A stretch of DNA of 64,000 nucleotides from an uncultured Flavobacteriales bacterium (GTDB taxonomy: Bacteria > Bacteroidota > Bacteroidia > Flavobacteriales > JBLHRE01). The notes under the pieces were generated by a model, which saw only the letters and a program-made list of their open reading frames with translations, was not told the DNA's origin and ran no database searches. The position numbers and the translations under genes are program-made. Below, one piece after another: positions 19,601 through 26,693 of the stretch (positions are counted from its first letter, which is position 1; each line of letters begins with the position of its first letter). The stretch covers positions 21,776 to 85,775 of the forward strand of contig CAKZPI010000019.1 of assembly GCA_937139155.1 (NCBI GenBank), given 5' to 3'.

Positions 19601-19794
19601 GCTCCTGTGGTAAATGATTGGGTTCCTGAGTTGGCAATTGAATCAACCAACGACCAAAGGTGGGTACCTGAGGTGGTTACTGAGTCTCCATTTGAAGGCG
19701 TTTCAAAATTCTCATGATAAACAACCGTTTGCGCGGAAGCGAAGGGCATAATTCCAATACCGGATAAGATTAACCCGAGTAGTGTTTTTTTCAT
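13681..19794 (-). CDS. Giant T9SS-secreted modular surface protein (lectin/MAM-like and CARDB-like repeats, C-terminal sorting domain)
   Basis: 2037 aa with signal peptide aa 1-22. Seven jellyroll modules (aa ~23-207, 317-494, 606-782, 898-1066, 1178-1342, 1454-1633, 1753-1937) alternate with ~100-aa Ig/CARDB-like modules. The two central modules carry MAM-type signatures (GPSGDHTTGSG.YLY, FWYHMYG..MGTL, MAIDD). The last ~80 aa (PNPS...VYVEVTNILGE...GIYQVRF) fit the T9SS type A C-terminal domain. Confidence 0.85.
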   Translation of the reverse strand: MKKTLLGLILSGIGIMPFASAQTVVYHENFETPSNGDSVTTSGTHLWSLVDSIANSGTQSFTTGAFNIDDTSYLVTDAFSTAGMSFVELRFSHVCKIEFFDLAMIEVSPDSGQTWTKIGGSDYFGASLNYTINQDSSFNVTSYSSVWQPGDAFATPQDSWFQNEIFDVSKYLENKQNAMVRFTLIDKQFNGSANNYGWLVDDIEIEVAPCELIPPAMTVNNKPGNLVYFPGPFNFNVTATDDSGIDTVFVAYSINGGPFDTLGLVETNPDTYNGNLPPINQGDTVCYQIVARDGSNCQNLSLDPLTGYACFRFPDNIPLPYFTNFDNGSDWVSEFTQNGSQWQLGTPTYGTTNAPFSAPDAWDVNTGTAYGPNANTTLTTRAFNFSGVIEPTLEFQLNYNTQANSDGMWVEYSTDSVNWTVLGSVGAPNSTNWYNTPSLNGRPAWTGNSGGFVKASIKFDDCDNEPSVFFRFRFTSNGFLQNDGVTVDDFAIIPPPPFDGALTDLYNPGALALGNVTDSVRLRVKNTGLEILDTINISYSLNGAPPVSITVYDTLFPGDAKVYNVGPYAAVMGANSFCAYIDVPRDTNAVNDTICLTVSGVNGSTIPYFDNFDTGSTFMPATMGGSPWELGTPTVPAGFVPYSGPNSWDIDLDAAYLSNTNSVLTTQVFGFGNVFSPEISFWYNSQTQNNTDGMYIEYTTNGTNWILLGEKNDPLGENWMPNNVNAAGSKPGWSGNSQGWQYTKLKMPEFSNISGIQFRFVFRSDFFNQSNGFSIDDINIGPPADFDVELVSIENPIANDPCALSDFETIQVLVANVGAEAIDTIPLAYQLNSNPIVYDTLYGKVFPGDTILFSFSQAADYSQGQTNYNLDVWAFHALDTLALNDSILDFFIRNDKISMPYTEDFENFGLGSPGILKNGWTQATNDTWDWTVHSGGTTSGSTGPSGDHTTGSGIYLYTETSGSGSNKVASFVSSCVDFANASVPKIEFWYHMYGSAMGTLNLDVQDNTGTWNTEWNLSGDQGNLWQKATVDLSNYAGQVVKIRFRAQTGTSFTSDMAIDDIYIYEPQPFDAGVVEITAPREEACDLSASETVSVMLSNFGLNPMNQIPVGYRFNGGPVTIDTLFATVNPGDTVPFTFSIPVDLSAPGTTFNFEAFTMHPGDTVIYANDTTAITLVNQGLPYNETFSAFPLGEKDLLNGWFQDDADFGNWRVHTGSTPSFGTGPTSGNGGAGKYFYIEANDYFNGTSNLLSPCLDLSTLVCPKVTFFYHMSGNGMGTLSFDVLDQSGAWTTLWTQAGDQGTSWQKVELVLGDFASQIVKVRFSGTTIGSTISDMAIDDFNIEDTPPYDAEDFAINNPIGQSAGGDDIYPEVVLRNAGCDTITSLDVAYSINGGAPVIEPFTGIISSGNTFLFTFTTPYTSPVGDYTICTWVVSPADTNALNDTICEVISGIPVHPVEYCTDFDQANDGWKARDGNDTWERGTPGGGTINTAITPPNVWMTNRTSNYLNNSNDNLYTPYFDLTGALDPEFHADIWVDCESGWDGMRVDYSIDDGQTWLVLGSVGSIGSVNWYTNTALNSSGLPGWDGSTGGWMHVSHPLGPIALQSDRIQFRFNFSSDGSVNNGDGVAVENFCVIVPIQNSAGSETVSAITGGLVFPGPNVMEAEIINSGVAPLSKFVVKLDIDNGNFVVVDTVIVPQPLAFQSVYKHTFSVPWNATEGKHDICMYTSRPNDTLDGFTEDDTLCTTTVVFDSVNTLPYCNDFEDTTLPGWATLNPYNYSLPGTNWEMGDPRKPTLNYPYSGSNCWATGIRGTYSKKDSSALYSPLFVVDSSSCYEISFWHWFQTEKQHDGGTVMYSQDQGLSWNSIGYAFEPGWFNTPWLTGLPQVPPIGGWSGNSGGYVYSSHLIKFPDSMPVIFMFRFASDVTIEDEGWLIDDFCFQEYTDPCVISVEEDLPEFMVSQPMPNPSDAQTRFELNLPFAGDVYVEVTNILGETMIQKSERGYSGVNNIGLNTSNLEQGIYQVRFVFEDQTVVRNLSIAR

Positions 19795-19827
19795 AGGGCA
19801 GATTTAGTGTTTGACTGACTAATCCAA

Positions 19828-19835
19828 CAAATATA
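19828..19835 (-). promoter_or_regulatory. -7 box candidate for the giant T9SS gene
   Basis: On the minus strand TATATTTG is a perfect TAnnTTTG, 33 nt upstream of ATG 19794. No clear -33 TTG is present. Confidence 0.35.
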
Positions 19836-19894
19836 ACGATTGCATAATTGTTTCTTTATGCCCCATACTTGTGATAATCGTCAGGATTTTAAAC

Positions 19895-20509
19895 CTACTT
19901 CACCCTAAGTGAAAACTGCTTATTTCCTTCTAAATAGCCCTCTAATAGGTCGTTAGCTTGAACAGGGCCCACTCCTGCTGGGGTTCCGGTGAATATCAAA
20001 TCACCAATTTTCAAGGTGAAATACCGGCTGACATAAGATATCAACCGATCAATGGGGAAAAGCAGGTCTTTTGTATTTCCGTCCTGAACCAATTCCCCAT
20101 TTTTCCTTAAGCTGAGCTGTATTTTATGAGGGTCTAGACTCTTTTTCTGAATGTTTAAAAATGGAGATACAAAGGCGGAACCATCAAAAGCTTTAGCCTT
20201 TTCCCATGGCAAACCTTTTGACTTGAGTTCTGATTGGAGGTCTCTGGCCGTGAAATCAATACCCAAACCAATTTCTTGGTAGTATTTATGGGCAAATTCT
20301 TCATGAATATGCTTTCCTAGTCGATTGATTCGAACCACCAATTCAATTTCATGATGTACATCCTTCGAGAAATCTGGAATGAAAAAGGGCATTTTTTTCG
20401 GAATCAAAGCCGTTTCGGGCTTCATGAAAATTACCGGATTTTCTGGAACCTGATTTCCCAGTTCCTTGGCATGATCTACATAATTCCTTCCAATGCAAAT
20501 GATTTTCAT
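19895..20509 (-). CDS. Fumarylacetoacetate hydrolase family protein (FAHD/YcgM-like)
   Basis: 204 aa. MKIICIGRNYVDHAKE, EIELVV and GDLIFTGTPAGVG motifs are typical of small FAH-family hydrolases/decarboxylases. Confidence 0.85.
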   Translation of the reverse strand: MKIICIGRNYVDHAKELGNQVPENPVIFMKPETALIPKKMPFFIPDFSKDVHHEIELVVRINRLGKHIHEEFAHKYYQEIGLGIDFTARDLQSELKSKGLPWEKAKAFDGSAFVSPFLNIQKKSLDPHKIQLSLRKNGELVQDGNTKDLLFPIDRLISYVSRYFTLKIGDLIFTGTPAGVGPVQANDLLEGYLEGNKQFSLRVK

Positions 20510-21282
20510 GATTTGCTGAAATTTCTAAGCTTGATTCGGGTTAACACTTTTTTGGTATAGAGGGGGAAATCAGCGTTTTGAATCCAAGCAAAATAGCCTT
20601 GGTCTTTGAGCAATACATCCTCAACAACCTGCCCCTTGTACTTTCCAAAACTGAATATCTCTTTTCCTTCCTTATTAAACCTAAGAAAGCCAGCAAAATC
20701 AGCATACCCTTGACTAGGCGCAGAGAAGTCGGAAAGAACATTCATATTGTTCTCTAAATCTTCGTACCGGTCTAATTGAGATTTCAATACCTCGTAGGTG
20801 GCTATGGTATCCGCTTCAGCGGAATGCGCATTTTCTAAAGATTTATTGCAGTAGAACTTATAAGCAGCTTCAAGAGTACGGGGTTCCTTTTTGAAGAAAA
20901 TGCCTTGAACATCGATTGATTTTCGGTTTCCCAAATCAAAGTCTATATCAACCCTTAGAAACTCTTCCGCTAATAAAGGAAGGTCAAATCTATTTGAATT
21001 GTATCCGGCTAAATCAGCACCTTGAATGAACTGCTCAATTTCTCTGGCCAATTCTTTGAAGCTCGGTTTGTCTGCTACATCCTCATTGCTGATTCCATGA
21101 ATTGCAGTGACTTCTGGAGGAATTGGAATGCCTGGATTCACCCTCCAGGTCTTGAGTATCTCTTCTTGATCAGGGGTAACCTTTAGAATGGATATTTCAA
21201 CTATTCGATCGGAAGCAACCTGGGTTCCGGTGGTTTCTAAATCGAAAAAGCAAATGGGTTTTGTTAAATTCAGTTGGGCCAT
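20506..21282 (-). CDS. DEDDh 3'-5' exonuclease (DnaQ/epsilon-like) with C-terminal KYKG domain
   Basis: 258 aa with Exo I FFDLETTG, Exo II GYNSNRFDLPLL and Exo III HSAEADTIAT, plus a C-terminal FGKYKGQVVEDVL...YFAWI motif. There is a 4-nt overlap with the downstream gene. Confidence 0.8.
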   Translation of the reverse strand: MAQLNLTKPICFFDLETTGTQVASDRIVEISILKVTPDQEEILKTWRVNPGIPIPPEVTAIHGISNEDVADKPSFKELAREIEQFIQGADLAGYNSNRFDLPLLAEEFLRVDIDFDLGNRKSIDVQGIFFKKEPRTLEAAYKFYCNKSLENAHSAEADTIATYEVLKSQLDRYEDLENNMNVLSDFSAPSQGYADFAGFLRFNKEGKEIFSFGKYKGQVVEDVLLKDQGYFAWIQNADFPLYTKKVLTRIKLRNFSKS

Positions 21283-21288
21283 AATTTT

Positions 21289-22539
21289 TTATTCTTCGGC
21301 AGCATCGGTTTCCACCATATCCTCTTCCTTAAAACCATGGGGAAGAACCACTCGTTGGGTTCCCCATTTGATTAGGCCAAAGGTCATGATGAGGCTGGTG
21401 ATAATGACAGTGTACATTAAAATTCCCGGATCGAAATTATCTACTTGCATTTCATCCGGGATGGAGAAAAACAAGAGTATGGTAATCAAGCCCCTTGGAG
21501 CAATGAATAATTCAGGTAAAACGTCCTTTCCCTTTATCATCCGAAGAAAGAGGTACCGAATCAAATAAAAACTTGCCACCAAAAGCAAGGAGGTAAGGGC
21601 AACCTGCCAATTTAATAGGGTAGATAGGGTAATGGTAATTCCGAAAATCACAAAGAAGAAAGTTCGTACCACAAAGGCAGACTCAAGGCAGACTACATGA
21701 AAGTCTTCCAGCATATGATTGATCTTATCTCGTTTCAACCATTTCTTGAACGGACCCTGAAAAAAGAGTTCGTGGTTGTTCAAAATCAATCCAAAAATCA
21801 AAATGATGATTAATGAGCTCAAGCCTGATAGCTTCCCAATCGCGTAAAGCATTAGAAGAATGGCAATCAATAAGAAAAGCTTAACCTGGGTGGTGATATT
21901 TTGGAAAACCAAGATCAATCCATACGAAACGGCAACGGCTACTGTAATGGTTAGTACAATATTACCAAGGACTGAGGTTGCAATGGTGGTTGCAGATGCT
22001 CCTTCATCGGTTCCAATCAGAAAATAGAAAAAGAGGATACCTAAAATATCGGAAAAGGTAGACTCATACACCATGAACTCCTTTTTATCTTCCTTCAGGT
22101 TCACCACAGATGGGATGATGATGGCTGAGGAGAGGATGGATACCGGAATGGCGTAAACCAAGGATATCATTGGGTCTTCAATGATGAAATAGTTGATGAT
22201 GAAAGCACAGGCAAGGGAAGTCACCACCAAGGAAATTAAGGCCAAGGAGAAACTCTTAACAATAAGCCCTGTTTTTTCTTTTGTAAGCTTTAGGTCTAAG
22301 GCGGCCTCTAATACAATCATAATCAATCCCACGATGCCCAGAACCTCAAGGGTAGGGAAGTAGTCTATTTCTGGAAGGCCCAAGTAGGTCATTCCCTGTT
22401 TGATTAAGATTCCCAATACAATCAGCATAAGCACTGAAGGGATTTGGGTTTTCTTCGCCAGGAGGTTGAAGAAATAAGACAGGATCACAATCACTGAGAA
22501 AGCGATCACTGTAAAATATGAATTGGATGCTAGTAACAT
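21289..22539 (-). CDS. Cation:proton antiporter (Na+/H+ exchanger family)
   Basis: 416 aa with about 11-12 TM helices throughout and an acidic cytoplasmic tail; the overall pattern is CPA1/CPA2 type. Confidence 0.75.
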   Translation of the reverse strand: MLLASNSYFTVIAFSVIVILSYFFNLLAKKTQIPSVLMLIVLGILIKQGMTYLGLPEIDYFPTLEVLGIVGLIMIVLEAALDLKLTKEKTGLIVKSFSLALISLVVTSLACAFIINYFIIEDPMISLVYAIPVSILSSAIIIPSVVNLKEDKKEFMVYESTFSDILGILFFYFLIGTDEGASATTIATSVLGNIVLTITVAVAVSYGLILVFQNITTQVKLFLLIAILLMLYAIGKLSGLSSLIIILIFGLILNNHELFFQGPFKKWLKRDKINHMLEDFHVVCLESAFVVRTFFFVIFGITITLSTLLNWQVALTSLLLVASFYLIRYLFLRMIKGKDVLPELFIAPRGLITILLFFSIPDEMQVDNFDPGILMYTVIITSLIMTFGLIKWGTQRVVLPHGFKEEDMVETDAAEE

Positions 22540-22570
22540 AGTCTTTAGTTCTTCTGCTAAAATAGGCAGG

Positions 22571-22606
22571 AAAAAGAAAAGGTCGATGGAATATCCACCG
22601 ACCTTT
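22571..22606 (-). terminator. Intrinsic terminator of the E2 acyltransferase gene
   Basis: A 12-bp stem with one mismatch (22578-22589 / 22595-22606) encloses a 5-nt loop. The minus strand then reads TTCTTTTTCC. Confidence 0.7.
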
Positions 22607-22628
22607 CAGAAAATTATTCACGGGTTTA

Positions 22629-23954
22629 TTAAACCTCCCGATTTGGGTCAAAAGCCTCGCAATAATCGGCAAACCTTCTTAAGAAGCTTCCTCCTAAGGC
22701 TCCGTCAACTACGCGGTGATCATACGATAAACTGGCGTACATCATATGACGAATTCCAATGGTATCACCTTCAGGGGTCTCAATAACCGCTGGCTTTTTC
22801 TTGATGGCTCCAACGGCAAGGATGGCTACTTGAGGTTGATTGATAATTGGGGTACCCATTATGTTACCGAAGGTTCCAACATTGGTCATGGTAAAGGTTC
22901 CTCCTGAAATCTCATCGGGCTTAAGAGCGTTTTTACGAGCTCTTCCTGCCATATCATTCACCGCTTTTGTAATCCCAAGCAAGGATTTTTCATCGGCTTT
23001 ATGAATAACCGGCACAATTAAGTTTCCAGAAGGTAGTGCCGTGGCCATACCCAAATTGATGTCTTTTTTCTTGATGATCCGGTTTCCATCTACCGATACG
23101 TTGATCATTGGGAAGTCTTTAATGGCCTTTACAACCGCCTCCATGAAAATAGGGGTAAAGGTGATTTTCTGACCTTCCCGCTTGGCAAAAGCATCCTTCA
23201 CTTTATTTCTCCAGTTCACAATGGGGGTCATATCAATTTCCACCATTGAAGTAACGTGCGGAGAAGTTTGCTTAGACATTACCATGTGGTCAGCAATCAG
23301 CTTACGCATGCGGTCCATTTCAATGATTTCATCACCCCCTCCTACAGAAACTGCGGGTTGTGGAGCTGGTGCCGGTGGCGGAGTAGGAGCTGATTTTGCA
23401 GGTTGTTGTGCACTTGCAGGGGCTTTTCCTCGGTTTGCCACGTAATCAAGCATATCGTCTTTGGTAACTCTACCATCTTTTCCGGTACCTTGAATTCCTT
23501 CAAGTTCTGCCATGCTAATTCCTTCCTCTTGAGCAATGCTGCGTACAAGTGGTGAATAGAAACGGTCAGAGTCTGAGCTTGAACTGATTGGTTCAGTGCT
23601 TTGTTTTGCTTGACTTACAATGTCTTCTGCCAAAGATGCCGCTTCTTCCAATCCAGAAGATTCAGGGCTTGCAGATTTTGAGTCAGAAGTAGGAGTAGAG
23701 TCTGGGGCATCCCCATCGGTTTCAATAATGGCGATGGCTTCACCAACCTTCACTACATCATCTACTTCAAAAAGTTTTTTAACCAAAACCCCTTCTACAG
23801 GTGATGGAACTTCGGAGTCTACTTTATCGGTAGCAATTTCGAGAACGGATTCTTCTAGTTCAACTAGCTCTCCTTCTTCTTTTAACCATTGAGTAATCGT
23901 TGCCTCTGCAACAGATTCACCCATTTTGGGCATAATCAATTCTACTTGTGCCAT
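22629..23954 (-). CDS. 2-oxoacid dehydrogenase E2 component (dihydrolipoamide acyltransferase)
   Basis: 441 aa with lipoyl domain (EIATDKVDSEVPSP), Ala/Pro linker, E1/E3-binding domain (SPLVRSIAQEEGI...GTGKDGRVTKDD) and catalytic domain ending SLSYDHRVVDGALGG. There is no adjacent E1 or E3 gene. Confidence 0.9.
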   Translation of the reverse strand: MAQVELIMPKMGESVAEATITQWLKEEGELVELEESVLEIATDKVDSEVPSPVEGVLVKKLFEVDDVVKVGEAIAIIETDGDAPDSTPTSDSKSASPESSGLEEAASLAEDIVSQAKQSTEPISSSSDSDRFYSPLVRSIAQEEGISMAELEGIQGTGKDGRVTKDDMLDYVANRGKAPASAQQPAKSAPTPPPAPAPQPAVSVGGGDEIIEMDRMRKLIADHMVMSKQTSPHVTSMVEIDMTPIVNWRNKVKDAFAKREGQKITFTPIFMEAVVKAIKDFPMINVSVDGNRIIKKKDINLGMATALPSGNLIVPVIHKADEKSLLGITKAVNDMAGRARKNALKPDEISGGTFTMTNVGTFGNIMGTPIINQPQVAILAVGAIKKKPAVIETPEGDTIGIRHMMYASLSYDHRVVDGALGGSFLRRFADYCEAFDPNREV

Positions 23955-24018
23955 AGATATATAATGCTAGAAAGGGTTTTTTAAGGTGGCCAAAGTTAAA
24001 AAAATAAACAGGGCCTAA

Positions 24019-25941
24019 TTATAGGTTTCGCCACTGTTTCAGCCAAATTTTAAAATCATGCCCCGGCGAGTAATGCTTAAGGTAATCGCGTTCAAGGGGT
24101 TCCATATTAATTTTTACCGAATCAGGGTCTTTAGAATACTTCACATTGAGGATTCCCTCGCGCTTAATGCCAGAAGGAATAATTCGAGTGGAAACCAGTG
24201 TTTTACTTCCTAACAAGATTTGAAAGGTATGTTTAAAGGCCTGGCTTGGGTTTCGCTGCAGCGGAAGGCTTAGGAAGAGAATTGGCCAAATTAAAAGGTC
24301 AAAAATTCGCTTAGATCTTCTGCCGGAAGGGGTGTTTAATTGGTTGGCACCGGAATGGTATAGGTTGCCTGCTTCATCCGCCCGATCCGAACCAATTAAA
24401 TAATCGGAATTTTTGGGTATGATTTTAACCCTAAGGTCAAGGGAAGACTGATCTTCCATGTTTTCAATGATTCGTCCGTAATCAAGGGCCTCGGCATCGT
24501 AAACCAATTCATTGATTTGATAAGCCTTGATCAAGGGAAAAAGTTTATTGAAATCACCAATAATTTGCGGATTTTTTCCACCTTCATTTTGGGAAACAAA
24601 GCCTAAAAACTCTGGTTGATAATTCACCTTTTGAAAGATGGCCTGCACATTTTCAATTCGATTTTCTTGGGTAATTATCAAAGACCGTGTTGAATTGGAA
24701 CCGGCCAATTGGAACCTCAGAAATGGAATTTTATTCAAAATGATTCGGCTAAGAGGAAGTACCAATAAGGCCCAAGCCGAACCCAAGGCAATAAGGGCTC
24801 TTGAAAACCTCCAATCTTCGGGCAATAATCCATAACCAGCCAAAAGAATGATGGAGCCCATTCCAAGTCCGCGTACTAGGGTCCATAGCCTAAGGGGTTT
24901 GTCGTAACCTCCGGAGAAGAAAGCTGAAATAAGCCAGATCGCAATGTAGGCCGGAACGGCAATTTGCATGAATTCATCCGGATAGGTTCCGCCCTCTACA
25001 TATCTATGGTTGTTTTCCCAGTAAATTTTAGCCCAATACATGCCTAAAGAAAGGAGTGCTGCGTCGAGTATGGGCAAGGAGAATAGGTCGAAAACCCTTT
25101 TAAATATGGATAATCCAGCCCTTAGGTTAATGGCCAGGTAAATGGCCAATGAATATAGAAAGCCTTGGGAGCCGTGAAAATGCTTTTTCGCGAAAATCTG
25201 CATGGCTTGATAAAAGACCCTTACGTAATTTAAGGACCCTCGCTTGGTGCTCTCCCCTTTGTAATGAATAATGGGTTGGTCAGGAAAATAATAGTTTTTA
25301 TAGCCGGCCAATTGAATGCGGTAGGAGAGGTCAATATCTTCCCCGTACATGAAAAAGGTTTCATCAAGCAATCCAGATTGGTCCAGAGCCTCCCTGCGCA
25401 TAAGCATGAAGGCTCCTGCTAAAACGTCAATTTCATGCACCTCATCCTTTGAAAGGTAGGATAGGTGGTATTTTCCGAATTTTTGTGAATTTTTGAAAAG
25501 GGAGCTAAGTCCAAAAATTTTATAGAAAGCCACCCACGGGGTAGGAAGACCTCGTTTGCTTTCAGGAAGGAAGTCACCGGTTCCGTCAAGCATTTTAATT
25601 CCTAAGGCTCCGGCCTCTTTATGATTCTCCATGAAATCCACAGTAGCGGCGAGGGTTTCAGGATGAAGAATGGTGTCAGGATTTAAAAGTAAAACGTATT
25701 CACCTTTTGAGGCCTTGATGCCTTGATTGTTGGCAACTGAGAATCCGGTATTCTTGGTATTTGCAATGAGTTTTACTTGAGGAAAATCCTTCTTGACCAT
25801 TTCCAAGGAGTCATCCGCGGAAGCATTGTCTACCACCAAAGTTTCAAATTCAAAATCCGCCTTTGAACGAAAAACGGAATCAAGGCATTGGTGAAGGAAA
25901 TACCTTACGTTGTAATTTACAATGATTATACTAAGCTTCAC
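24019..25941 (-). CDS. Family 2 glycosyltransferase fused to a polytopic membrane / WbaP-WcaJ-like phosphoglycosyl-transferase scaffold with a shortened C-terminal domain
   Basis: 640 aa. Aa 1-250 form a GT2 fold (IIIVNYN, VVDNASAD, NTGFSVANN, LLLNPDT, YGEDIDL). Aa ~260-400 are TM helices beginning with KRVFDLF. Aa ~415-500 form a Rossmann-like spacer (LIITQENRIENV...INELVYD). Aa 544-640 begin with KRIFDLLIWPILFLSLPL but are only ~97 aa long. Confidence 0.8.
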   Translation of the reverse strand: MKLSIIIVNYNVRYFLHQCLDSVFRSKADFEFETLVVDNASADDSLEMVKKDFPQVKLIANTKNTGFSVANNQGIKASKGEYVLLLNPDTILHPETLAATVDFMENHKEAGALGIKMLDGTGDFLPESKRGLPTPWVAFYKIFGLSSLFKNSQKFGKYHLSYLSKDEVHEIDVLAGAFMLMRREALDQSGLLDETFFMYGEDIDLSYRIQLAGYKNYYFPDQPIIHYKGESTKRGSLNYVRVFYQAMQIFAKKHFHGSQGFLYSLAIYLAINLRAGLSIFKRVFDLFSLPILDAALLSLGMYWAKIYWENNHRYVEGGTYPDEFMQIAVPAYIAIWLISAFFSGGYDKPLRLWTLVRGLGMGSIILLAGYGLLPEDWRFSRALIALGSAWALLVLPLSRIILNKIPFLRFQLAGSNSTRSLIITQENRIENVQAIFQKVNYQPEFLGFVSQNEGGKNPQIIGDFNKLFPLIKAYQINELVYDAEALDYGRIIENMEDQSSLDLRVKIIPKNSDYLIGSDRADEAGNLYHSGANQLNTPSGRRSKRIFDLLIWPILFLSLPLQRNPSQAFKHTFQILLGSKTLVSTRIIPSGIKREGILNVKYSKDPDSVKINMEPLERDYLKHYSPGHDFKIWLKQWRNL

Positions 25942-26555
25942 GATTTCAGGGTGTCAGCGTAAGGTAATCGGTTGGTAATGGATTTGCCCAAGGTGATTTC
26001 ATCGGCATACTCCAATTCGTCGCCAACCGCAATTCCACGGGCGATGGTGGTGACGTTTAGTTTGTAGTCTTTGAGCTTATTATAAATATAGTAATTGGTG
26101 GTATCTCCTTCCATAGATCCGCTTAGGGCTAGGGTGATTTCCTCGATTTTCCCCTCCTGTATTCTTTTAAACAGGGCGTCTAGGCTTAAATCGTGCGGAC
26201 CAATTCCGTCCATTGGGGAAATTAAGCCTCCCAAAACATGGTATTTGCCCCTAAAGGCTTGGGTGTTTTCAATGGCCAAAACATCTCGAATATCAGCTAC
26301 TACGCAAATGTGGGCATCAGACCTAGATGGATTGGTACAAATGCTACAATGTTCTGAATCAGAGAGGTTTTTGCAAGTTTTGCAATACTTAATGTTTTCA
26401 ACCAATTGTCCGAAACTATCCGAAAAGTGTAGGGCTTGATCTTTGGGCCATTTGAGCATGTGCAGAACGAAGCGAAGGGCAGATTTTCTGCCAATGCCCG
26501 GCAATTGAGCAAAGGCTTCTACCGCTTGATTCACGTATTTTGATCCGTAGTCCAT
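25938..26555 (-). CDS. recR: Recombination protein RecR
   Basis: 205 aa with LPGIGRKSA helix-hairpin-helix, C4 zinc finger CKTCKNLSDSEHCSIC and a Toprim region. Confidence 0.95.
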   Translation of the reverse strand: MDYGSKYVNQAVEAFAQLPGIGRKSALRFVLHMLKWPKDQALHFSDSFGQLVENIKYCKTCKNLSDSEHCSICTNPSRSDAHICVVADIRDVLAIENTQAFRGKYHVLGGLISPMDGIGPHDLSLDALFKRIQEGKIEEITLALSGSMEGDTTNYYIYNKLKDYKLNVTTIARGIAVGDELEYADEITLGKSITNRLPYADTLKS

Positions 26556-26560
26556 TTTTG

Positions 26561-26568
26561 CAAAAATA
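26561..26568 (-). promoter_or_regulatory. -7 box candidate for recR
   Basis: On the minus strand TATTTTTG lies only 5 nt upstream of the recR ATG. No -33 TTG is present. Confidence 0.3.
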
Positions 26569-26693
26569 GATTTTGTTTTGGGGTAATGTTCTTGCCGCGG
26601 AAGGAATTTCCAACCTCAATGGTTGAAAACTTAGTTCTAAGCTAGGTTATAAAACCCTGCCTTGCATCCTATATTGCCCAAAATTCTATCTCT

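Noticed and set aside
13681-19794. The idea that the repetitive giant gene is a diversity-generating retroelement target or phase-variable locus.
   Set aside because: The window has no reverse transcriptase, no template repeat and no invertible-promoter inverted repeats. The modules are too diverged at the DNA level for frequent recombination.
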